This document shows positions 11,078 through 18,586 of a DNA stretch of 64,000 nt, in pieces. Every line of letters starts with the position of its first letter. The stretch's first letter is position 1. Position numbers and translations under genes: made by a program. This DNA comes from an uncultured Bacilli bacterium. GTDB taxonomy: Bacteria; Bacillota_I; Bacilli_A; RF39; UBA660. The stretch lies in assembly GCA_944372055.1 (NCBI GenBank), contig CALVYF010000004.1, forward strand, positions 1,810-65,809, read 5' to 3'. Under the pieces are notes generated by a model that saw nothing but the letters and a program-made list of their open reading frames with translations, made no database searches and was not told the origin of the DNA.

Positions 11078-12226
11078 ATGGAAAATGAAATTTTAATGGA
11101 TGACAAGAATATTCTTGTGATGAAATTACTTCATTATTTTATTATAGACAAAAATTATAATCCTATTATTTTACAAGGGGTTGAAAATGAGATTTGGTTA
11201 GAAAATCTTGATGAAGATTATAAAGTAGTACGAATTGTTTCTGGTTATATACATAATGATGAACAGTTTAATTTTGATGTTTTTAAAACGAAAAGGATTG
11301 TTAAAAAGATTAAAAAGAAAACTTTATCTTTTCGTATGAATACTTTGAGTATTTTTTTAGATTTAGGAGATAATGTAAGTCAAGATATTCATGCGATTCC
11401 TAATGTGGAATGTGTAAAAATTGATACAGAAGCAGATTTTAAGAAAAGTGATGTTATTAAAAAAGAGTTTCCTGATTTAACTAAAAAGTTAAAATTTAAT
11501 GAAAAAGGGATTGCTTTATTTGCTAAAATTACAAGTGATATTAATGAACATAATAAAAAAGATGCTAAGAAAATTAATGCTGTTTTTAAGAGTAATTTTC
11601 CAATGATTACTTATTGGTTAATCGCTGTTAATGTTATTTTGTATGTGATTCCTGTTTTGTTTGGATTGTATGATGATTTAATTGCTAACTTTTCTGTATG
11701 GGGACCGGCTATTCGTGAAGGGCAAACATATCGTTTGCTTACAGGAATATTCTTACATGGTGGTATTATGCATTTATTGTTTAACTGCTATGCCTTATAT
11801 GTTATTGGGTCTCAGGTAGAGAATTTTTTAGGTCGATTTAAATTTTTGATTATTTATTTAGTCGCTGGTATTAGTGGTGCTTTGTTTTCTATGATTTTTG
11901 GAAATTATGCATCTGTAGGTGCCAGTGGAGCTATTTTTGGACTTATGGGAGCACTTGTTTATTTTGGATATCATTATCGAGTTTATTTAGGAAATGTTGT
12001 TAAAAGTCAGATTATACCTTTGATTCTTTTGAATTTAGCTTTAGGATTCTTTATGTCTGGAGTAGATAATTTTGCTCATATTGGTGGACTTATTGGTGGT
12101 ACTTTAATGTCTATTGCTTTAGGGGTAAAGGATAAGAGTAGTTGGTTTGAAAGACTTAATGGGTGGATTATTACTGGTATTTTTATTGCCTTTGCTATCT
12201 ATATGGCTTTTGTTTATACGGTTTAG
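11078..12226 (+). CDS. rhomboid family intramembrane serine protease with a long cytoplasmic N-domain
   Basis: Motifs HGGIMHLLFN, GASGAIFGLMG (catalytic Ser) and HIGGLIGG (catalytic His). About 170 aa of soluble N-terminal extension. Confidence 0.85.
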   Translation: MENEILMDDKNILVMKLLHYFIIDKNYNPIILQGVENEIWLENLDEDYKVVRIVSGYIHNDEQFNFDVFKTKRIVKKIKKKTLSFRMNTLSIFLDLGDNVSQDIHAIPNVECVKIDTEADFKKSDVIKKEFPDLTKKLKFNEKGIALFAKITSDINEHNKKDAKKINAVFKSNFPMITYWLIAVNVILYVIPVLFGLYDDLIANFSVWGPAIREGQTYRLLTGIFLHGGIMHLLFNCYALYVIGSQVENFLGRFKFLIIYLVAGISGALFSMIFGNYASVGASGAIFGLMGALVYFGYHYRVYLGNVVKSQIIPLILLNLALGFFMSGVDNFAHIGGLIGGTLMSIALGVKDKSSWFERLNGWIITGIFIAFAIYMAFVYTV

Positions 12227-12259
12227 AAGAATATTCCTTTTTAGAATATTCTTTTTTTT
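12227..12259 (+). terminator. rho-independent terminator
   Basis: 10-bp stem AAGAATATTC/GAATATTCTT followed by a T-run. Confidence 0.7.
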
Positions 12260-12317
12260 GGTTGTAATAGTTTTTAATCAATGCTAAAATAGAAGTATAT
12301 TATAGTGAGGTGATATT

Positions 12318-12572
12318 ATGTCACAAGATAAGACAAGCTTATTTAATATTAAAGATATTGATAATCGTTTTATTAGTGATATTCTTGAAGAAGTATGGGA
12401 TTCTTTAGAAGAAAGAGGATATAACCCTAGTAATCAGATTGTTGGTTATTTAATTAGTGGAGATCCTGGGTATATTTCTAGTTATCAAGATGCTCGTACT
12501 AAAATTCAACAAGTAGATCGTGCAAAAATTATAGAAGTATTATTACAGGAATTTTATAAAAATCATAGATGA
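12318..12572 (+). CDS. ireB: IreB/YrzL family (UPF0297) regulatory protein
   Basis: EERGYNPSNQIVGYLISGDPGYISS is the conserved core. Its position upstream of ruvX matches Bacillus. Confidence 0.8.
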   Translation: MSQDKTSLFNIKDIDNRFISDILEEVWDSLEERGYNPSNQIVGYLISGDPGYISSYQDARTKIQQVDRAKIIEVLLQEFYKNHR

Positions 12573-13000
12573 AATATTTGGGTTTAGATTTAGGAAGTCG
12601 TACTTTAGGTATTGCAACAAGTGATTCTACTGGGATGATTGCGTCTAGTTATGGTGTTATTCGTCATCAAGAGGAATATGCGAGACTGGTTCAGGAAGTT
12701 GTTTCTTTAGTTGATGAATTGAAAATTGGTGCTGTTGTTTTAGGATTTCCTAAGAATATGAACAATTCTATTGGTCCTAAAGGTGAACTTAGTTTAAAAT
12801 TTCAGAAAGAATTAGAGAAAGTTTTATCTATTCCTGTATATTTACAAGATGAAAGATTATCTACCAAGAGTGCTACAGATATGCTTATTTATGCTGATGT
12901 TTCTAGAAAAAGTAGGAAAAAAGTAGTAGATAGTGTGGCTGCAACTATAATATTGCAAAGTTTTTTAGATAAGGAGAGAAAGCAAAATGAAGAAAAATAG
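12569..13000 (+). CDS. ruvX: Holliday junction resolvase-like RuvX/YqgF
   Basis: N-terminus LGLDLGSRTLGIA and DERLST motif. Stop/start overlap with ireB. Confidence 0.88.
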   Translation: MKYLGLDLGSRTLGIATSDSTGMIASSYGVIRHQEEYARLVQEVVSLVDELKIGAVVLGFPKNMNNSIGPKGELSLKFQKELEKVLSIPVYLQDERLSTKSATDMLIYADVSRKSRKKVVDSVAATIILQSFLDKERKQNEEK

Positions 13001-13283
13001 TTTTACAATGATTGATGAAGCTGGTAATGAAATAGTTTATGATGTTTTATTTACTTTTGAAAGTGAAGAAACTCATAAGAACTATATCGTATATACAGAT
13101 AATACTAAAGATGCAGAGGGAAATGTAGAAGTTTATGCTTCTATTTATGATCCTAATGATCCTCATAGTAAATTAGAAGCAATTGAAACAGATAAAGAGT
13201 GGAAGGTTATTGAAACAATTCTTGAAACATTACAAGAAGAAGTTAGAAAACAAGCAAATAATAATCAAGATAATGAGCAATAA
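12987..13283 (+). CDS. DUF1292 (YrzB-like) protein
   Basis: Small acidic protein in the yrzB position between ruvX and mltG. The DEAGNE..Y.V...F pattern is typical of the family. Confidence 0.7.
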   Translation: MKKNSFTMIDEAGNEIVYDVLFTFESEETHKNYIVYTDNTKDAEGNVEVYASIYDPNDPHSKLEAIETDKEWKVIETILETLQEEVRKQANNNQDNEQ

Positions 13284-13312
13284 TAGCTCTTTATTTTTCT
13301 GGAGGGGTATTT

Positions 13313-14383
13313 ATGGCAGTGAGGAGAAGACCGAAACCGTTACTAATCTTTTTAATTTTAATGGGTTCTTTATTAATTTTATTAGCGGCGGTTTATTTGT
13401 TTTTAGCAAGTCCTGTAGATAAAAATGATCATGATGATATAGAAATTGTTGTTCCTAGTGGTACCGGGGTTACAGGAATTGCTAAAATATTAAAAGAGAA
13501 TGATTTGATTCGTAGTGAAATGTTATTTACTATTACTGTAAAAAGTAAAGGCGACTTGTATTTACAAGCCTCTACTTATTTGTTTCGTAGGGATATGTCT
13601 ATGGAAGATATTATTTCTGAACTTGTTTCTGGAAGTCGGTATAATCCAGATGCTATTACGATTACTTTTAAAGAGGGAATGCGGATTACAGATTATGCTT
13701 CTGAAATTGCGAAGGCTACCAATCATTCAGAAACTGAAGTGTTAAATACATTAAATGATAGTACATTTTTAGAAACATTAAGAAAAAAATATTGGTTTTT
13801 GACAGATTCGATTTTACAAGAAGGGATTTACTATCCTTTAGAGGGATATTTAGCTCCTGATACTTATCAGTTTGATAACAAAGATGTTAGTATTTCTACT
13901 ATTGTTGAGACTATGCTAGATGAAATGGAAAAAGAGCTTGAACCATATAGAAGTCAGATTCAGAATAATGTACATTACTATATGACTATGGCATCGCTTG
14001 TGGAGTTAGAGGGAACTAATACTGAAAATCGTAAGATGATTGCTGGTATTTTTGAAAATAGGATTGCTGCTAATATGAATTTAGGTAGTGATGTTACTAC
14101 TTATTATGCATTACAACTTCCTATGACTAGTGATTTAACGACTGTTCAGTTTGCAACCGTTAATCCTTATAATACAAGGGCTGCTAATATGAGAGGACAG
14201 ATGCCTATAGGTCCTATTTGCAATCCTAGTTTATCTAGTTTGAAAGCTAGTATTGAGCCTACGGATAGTGATTATTTATACTTTGTTGCGGATAAAAATG
14301 GAAATATTTTCTATACTAATACCTTAGCGGAGCATGAAGCTATGGTACAGGAGATTAAAGATAAAGGTGATTGGATATGGTAG
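13313..14383 (+). CDS. mltG: endolytic murein transglycosylase MltG (YceG-like)
   Basis: N-terminal TM helix. Motifs MASLVELE and NPYNTR..GQMPIGPICNP. Confidence 0.88.
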   Translation: MAVRRRPKPLLIFLILMGSLLILLAAVYLFLASPVDKNDHDDIEIVVPSGTGVTGIAKILKENDLIRSEMLFTITVKSKGDLYLQASTYLFRRDMSMEDIISELVSGSRYNPDAITITFKEGMRITDYASEIAKATNHSETEVLNTLNDSTFLETLRKKYWFLTDSILQEGIYYPLEGYLAPDTYQFDNKDVSISTIVETMLDEMEKELEPYRSQIQNNVHYYMTMASLVELEGTNTENRKMIAGIFENRIAANMNLGSDVTTYYALQLPMTSDLTTVQFATVNPYNTRAANMRGQMPIGPICNPSLSSLKASIEPTDSDYLYFVADKNGNIFYTNTLAEHEAMVQEIKDKGDWIW

Positions 14384-14970
14384 ATAAATATGCTTTGATT
14401 CGCGAGATGAAGCAGTATGCAGAAGTTAATAATGTTCCTATTATGATGGATGAGGGGATTGATTTTCTTACTACATTTATTTTAAAAAATCATGTTAAGA
14501 ATGTTTTAGAGATAGGTACAGCCATTGGTTATTCTGCTATTATGATGGCTCTTGTTGATCCTAATCTTAAAATTACAACGATAGAAAGAGATGAAGTTCG
14601 TTATTTGGAAGCTTTAAAAAATATAAAAGCTTTTGGGTTGGAAGATAGAATTACATTAATTTATAATGATGCTTTTAATGTTAAATTGGATGAAAAGTTT
14701 GATTTAATATTTATCGATGCTGCGAAAGCACAAAATATTAAGTTTTTTGAAATGTTTGAACGCAATTTGGAGTATCGTGGAGCAATTGTTACTGATAATT
14801 TAAAGTTTCATGGCTTAGTAGATAAAAAAGAAGAAGAAATTAAAAGTAAAAATTTGAAAGCATTAGTTCGTAAGATTAAAGATTATATCGATTATTTGAA
14901 AACAAATGAAAAGTATAATACAGAGTTTTTTGAAGTGGGAGATGGAATTTCGGTTAGTGTGAGAAAGTAA
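14371..14970 (+). CDS. trmR: SAM-dependent O-methyltransferase (YrrM/TrmR-like)
   Basis: VLEIGTAIGYSAIMMA SAM motif and FIDAAK. Located between mltG and the U32 pair, as in the Bacillus yrrM position. Confidence 0.78.
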   Translation: MDMVDKYALIREMKQYAEVNNVPIMMDEGIDFLTTFILKNHVKNVLEIGTAIGYSAIMMALVDPNLKITTIERDEVRYLEALKNIKAFGLEDRITLIYNDAFNVKLDEKFDLIFIDAAKAQNIKFFEMFERNLEYRGAIVTDNLKFHGLVDKKEEEIKSKNLKALVRKIKDYIDYLKTNEKYNTEFFEVGDGISVSVRK

Positions 14971-14984
14971 TGGGGGTGAATCCT

Positions 14985-15722
14985 ATGTTTAATGTAGCAG
15001 AAGTAGAGACTAAAATATCTAAGAGGAAACCTATATGGATTATCTTTTGTATTCTTGTTGTAGTTATTGTTTCTTCTTTTGTTTTTTTTGTTTTGCTTTT
15101 TCCTAGAAAATTTGATTATCAAGATTTGTTAAAAAATAAGGAAAAAAATATTGTTTATTCTTTGGATTCTCTTGATGTTTTAGAAACAGATAAAGTCCCT
15201 GTAATTAATATTGATTCTTCTTTTATTGATGATATTAATTCTGATATTATGAATTATTACCAAGATTATTTAACGAAATTTACACAGGGATTTTTATATG
15301 AATATTCTGTTTCTGGTCCAGTGTTATCTATTTTAATTGTTTCACAACAACGTTATGCTGATGCTGAATATTCTGATATTTCTTATCACAGTTATAATAT
15401 TGATTTGGAAAAGATGGTATTACTTTCTGATAAAGATATTTTTGATATGTATAAAATTGATGAGGATACTTTACGGTATTTTATTACTTATAAATTTGTT
15501 GAATTTTATAATGATTTGATAAAACAAGGGTATTTTACTAAGGAGATGTGTGATTTTTCTTGTTTTATGGAATCTAAAAATATTGTTAATGTAATGAATG
15601 ATAATACGTATTATATTGAAGATGGAAAGTTAATTCTTTATAAACCATTTAATATTTATACTCCTTATAGTGAAGAGAAGTATTTTTCTTTGGATTCTTT
15701 CCGTTTTGTAGTAAAAGGTTAA
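14985..15722 (+). CDS. membrane-anchored extracytoplasmic protein, paralog of 17708..18499
   Basis: One TM helix (IWIIFCILVVVIVSSFVFFVLLF). Shares VPVINIDS, VLSILIV, ISYHSYNIDL and YYIEDGKLILYKPFNIYTPYSEE blocks with the 17708 product. No known family. Confidence 0.6.
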   Translation: MFNVAEVETKISKRKPIWIIFCILVVVIVSSFVFFVLLFPRKFDYQDLLKNKEKNIVYSLDSLDVLETDKVPVINIDSSFIDDINSDIMNYYQDYLTKFTQGFLYEYSVSGPVLSILIVSQQRYADAEYSDISYHSYNIDLEKMVLLSDKDIFDMYKIDEDTLRYFITYKFVEFYNDLIKQGYFTKEMCDFSCFMESKNIVNVMNDNTYYIEDGKLILYKPFNIYTPYSEEKYFSLDSFRFVVKG

Positions 15723-15734
15723 AGAGGTGATGGT

Positions 15735-16796
15735 ATGCCTTATTTGTATATTTTAGATTGTTCTGGAGATATTGATACTTGTTGTGCTGATTTTGGATTA
15801 GCTAATATTTTAGGAGCTATACAGAGGATTTTGAACATTATACATATTGTTGTTCCTATTATTTTAATGGTGGGATTAATTATACAATTTACGCAGATGG
15901 TTATTAATCCAGAGGATGATCGAAATCGTAAAAAGTCAAAAAGTTTAATTAATAGGGTTATGGCTACAGTTGTTGTCTTTCTTTTACCTACGATTGTGAA
16001 TGTTGCAGTTAATTTAGTATTTTCTGATTTTAGTTTTGCTTCTTGTTGGCATTCGGCAGAAATCAGTGAGGAAATGACATTGGCTATGGAAAATACTTTT
16101 ATATCTACTACGGATAAGAAACCTAAGAGCTTTATTACCATGCCGGAAGATTATGCTGATCCAAATGTTACTGCAACACCTGGAAATAGTAGTGATGGTA
16201 ATGGAAGTATTTTACTTATTGCAGGCCACTCTTATCCTCCTTACTGTAAGGGCTTTCCTGATGATTGTCGTGGTATGATTTCCTCTGGTTATGATGAAAC
16301 TGACCAAACGCGTATCTTAGTGAAGTTAATTCAATCTGAACTTAGTTCTTTGGGAGTTTCTTCTGATATTGCAAATGCTTTGATGGCTGGAAATTCTAAT
16401 GATATGAATACTTCTTTTTATCGTGAGTGTAGAAATGATTCTAGTTTATGTAATCAGTTTGACTGGGGCAAATATAAATATGTATTAGAGATTCATTTTA
16501 ATGCTTCTGGTAGTGGACGTGCGGCTGGTACTCAACTAGTCAAGAGAACTGGTAGTTATAGTACTCCTGCAGATCAAGCTATTGTTAATGCTGTGATATC
16601 TAATACTGGTCATCGTCAGTACTCTGATTATATTTATGGTGCTTTTAATATTGGGTATTTTATGAATTTAGGTGTCCCTGTTACTTATTTAGAAACAGAG
16701 TTTTATGATAATAAGCAGGCAATGGATACTTATAGTAGTAAAAAAGAACAGATTGCTAAAGATATAGCAAAGGTTATTCAACAGTATTATGGTTAA
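15735..16796 (+). CDS. N-acetylmuramoyl-L-alanine amidase (Amidase_3-like) fused to an N-terminal VirB2-like two-TM hairpin
   Basis: C-terminal motifs IAGHS, EIHFNAS and LETEFYDN are Amidase_3-like. The N-terminal 110 aa are CC-TM-charged loop-TM-CW, the same module as in 16878, 40264 and the C-terminus of 40713. Confidence 0.65.
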   Translation: MPYLYILDCSGDIDTCCADFGLANILGAIQRILNIIHIVVPIILMVGLIIQFTQMVINPEDDRNRKKSKSLINRVMATVVVFLLPTIVNVAVNLVFSDFSFASCWHSAEISEEMTLAMENTFISTTDKKPKSFITMPEDYADPNVTATPGNSSDGNGSILLIAGHSYPPYCKGFPDDCRGMISSGYDETDQTRILVKLIQSELSSLGVSSDIANALMAGNSNDMNTSFYRECRNDSSLCNQFDWGKYKYVLEIHFNASGSGRAAGTQLVKRTGSYSTPADQAIVNAVISNTGHRQYSDYIYGAFNIGYFMNLGVPVTYLETEFYDNKQAMDTYSSKKEQIAKDIAKVIQQYYG

Positions 16797-16877
16797 TTTT
16801 CTTTTCTTTTCTTTTTCTTAGATTTATAATAGAATAATGTTAGTTGTTAATTGCTCGAAGTAAGAGGTGGTGATATT

Positions 16878-17699
16878 ATGAGTGACTTAGTACAAGTTCT
16901 TAGTTGTAGTGAAGAGTTGGGTACTTGTTGTACAGATTATGGGTTGTTGACTATATTAGATATTTTGAGACAAATTCTAGATTTGATACAGATGGTTGCT
17001 CCTATTTTATTAATGACAGCTTTAGCAATTCAGTTTACTCAATTATTAATTAATCCAGATGATGATAAAAAGAAAAAAAGTTTGTTGAATAAATTTATTG
17101 CTATATTAGTATGCTTTTTTGTTCCATTTTTAGTAAATTTAGCCATTAGCTTAGTCCCCGAGGATATTGATTCTTTTCAATTAGGGGCTTGTTGGGATAC
17201 GGCTCGTATTTCTAGAGAGGTTTTGAAAAAAGAAAATAGTTCTTATGTTTCTACTACGGATAAAAAGCCACAAAGTTTTATTTTACAGTCTGATGATTAT
17301 AATCAACTTGATGTTACAACAGGGGAAGGAAGTGCAACTGGTAAAGCTATTGTTGAGTATGCAAAGTCTTTTGTTGGCGGTAGATATTGCTACGGAGGTA
17401 AAGATCCTAATGTATGTGCCGATTGCTCTGGTTTTGTTTCTTATGTTTTTGCGCATTTTGGTATTAATTTAATTTCGCAAACTGATTCTATGTGGAATCA
17501 AACAAATATGTATACTTTGGTAACCGATGGTAATATTAAAGCTGGTGATGTTGTTATGTACTATGGACATGTTGGGATTCTTACTGGTAATGGAGAAGAA
17601 ATGGTTCATGCTTCTAGTCCTTCTACAGGAATAAAAATATCCCCTTCTTATAATTATAGGACCGTACGTGGTATTATGAGGATAAAAGGTGTTAATTAG
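16878..17699 (+). CDS. NlpC/P60 peptidoglycan endopeptidase fused to an N-terminal VirB2-like two-TM hairpin
   Basis: C-terminal motifs YCYGGKDPNVCADCSGFVSYVF (catalytic Cys) and GHVGIL..VHAS. The N-terminal module is clearly alignable with that of 15735. The ATG at 16878 follows AGAGGTGG. Confidence 0.75.
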   Translation: MSDLVQVLSCSEELGTCCTDYGLLTILDILRQILDLIQMVAPILLMTALAIQFTQLLINPDDDKKKKSLLNKFIAILVCFFVPFLVNLAISLVPEDIDSFQLGACWDTARISREVLKKENSSYVSTTDKKPQSFILQSDDYNQLDVTTGEGSATGKAIVEYAKSFVGGRYCYGGKDPNVCADCSGFVSYVFAHFGINLISQTDSMWNQTNMYTLVTDGNIKAGDVVMYYGHVGILTGNGEEMVHASSPSTGIKISPSYNYRTVRGIMRIKGVN

Positions 17700-17707
17700 G
17701 AGGAATT

Positions 17708-18499
17708 ATGTTTGATGTCGTTCAAAATCAGGGGGGAAAAAGAAAAAGAAATTTTAAGTTTCGAAAAAGGAATTTTTCTTTTCACATTTCTTTTCCTGTG
17801 AAAAAGGTTCTTATCTGGGTTGGCGTTATTCTTTTAGCAATATTTTTAATTGGCTATTATTTATATAAAAACTATTATAGTAATTATAATTATATCAAAG
17901 AAGATTCTTCACAATATTTAGTTTATACTGTTGATACTTCTATGAATAATCAAAATATGCATAATGAAATTCCCTATATTAATATTGATAGTGATGATGC
18001 AAGATTAGTGAACCAGACGATTCAGCGATATGCAGAGTCATTTTTAAAGAATAAGAATAATTTAATGGTTTATGATTCACAGTTAAATGGAGAGGTTTTA
18101 TCTATTTTACTTCGTATGTCTGATTATAGTGCTGGTTATTCTTTTCCTGATATTTCTTTTCATACATATAATTTTGATTTAAATGATCAAACATTGATGT
18201 CAGATGAAGAATTATTAGCGCTTTTTGATGTGACAGAAGAGGAAGTAGAAAAGAAAATAGCGAGTCAGTTTAAGAAATACTATCAGCAAGAAGTGAAAAA
18301 AGGTTATCTAGTTTCACAAGAATGTGATTATGATTGCTTTTTAGCTTGGAGAGGAATTCAGAATTATAATTATATGGACTCTGTTTATTATTATGTAGAA
18401 AATGGTAGATTACTTGCGTATCGTCCATTTACAATATATTCAGCTTATGGAGAAGAAGAATTTTTTGATGATGAAAGTTATGCTTTTAGTATTACTTAA
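17708..18499 (+). CDS. membrane-anchored extracytoplasmic protein, paralog of 14985..15722
   Basis: Basic N-tail and one TM helix. Motifs IPYINIDS, VLSILLR, ISFHTYNFDL and YYVENGRLLAYRPFTIYSAYGEE. Confidence 0.6.
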   Translation: MFDVVQNQGGKRKRNFKFRKRNFSFHISFPVKKVLIWVGVILLAIFLIGYYLYKNYYSNYNYIKEDSSQYLVYTVDTSMNNQNMHNEIPYINIDSDDARLVNQTIQRYAESFLKNKNNLMVYDSQLNGEVLSILLRMSDYSAGYSFPDISFHTYNFDLNDQTLMSDEELLALFDVTEEEVEKKIASQFKKYYQQEVKKGYLVSQECDYDCFLAWRGIQNYNYMDSVYYYVENGRLLAYRPFTIYSAYGEEEFFDDESYAFSIT

Positions 18500-18586
18500 A
18501 TAGTATAACTTTTTTTCTTTTATCTTGTATTTCTTTTTGTTTTCATTTATTATATTATTGTATGATTATAATAGGATGTGATAGCT

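Noticed and set aside
13183-13422. 79-aa ORF bridging the yrzB-like and mltG genes. The same reasoning applies to other short track ORFs (2165..2347, 14892..15122, 15337..15519, 17245..17472, 23352..23591, 24495..24750, 26553..26838, 27668..27931, 30051..30248, 30987..31181, 32603..32863, 33377..33562, 35903..36091, 40039..40221, 41370..41881, 42971..43219, 47918..48121, 49711..49929, 51778..52020, 58041..58229, 58382..58715, 60937..61128 and 63053..63280).
   Set aside because: Each overlaps a longer ORF that has clear family motifs or better start signals. None shows a recognisable motif of its own.
15740-16141. 133-aa antisense ORF overlapping the amidase gene.
   Set aside because: It is antisense to the conserved hairpin module. 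Its hydrophobic translation mirrors the TM-coding strand, and there are no start signals.
14985-18499. Calling the paralogous anchored proteins simple immunity proteins of the two hydrolases.
   Set aside because: The partners are similar to each other although the catalytic domains (amidase versus NlpC/P60) are unrelated. The gene order is also not uniform (partner-enzyme, then enzyme-partner). The idea is kept only as one hypothesis in the findings.
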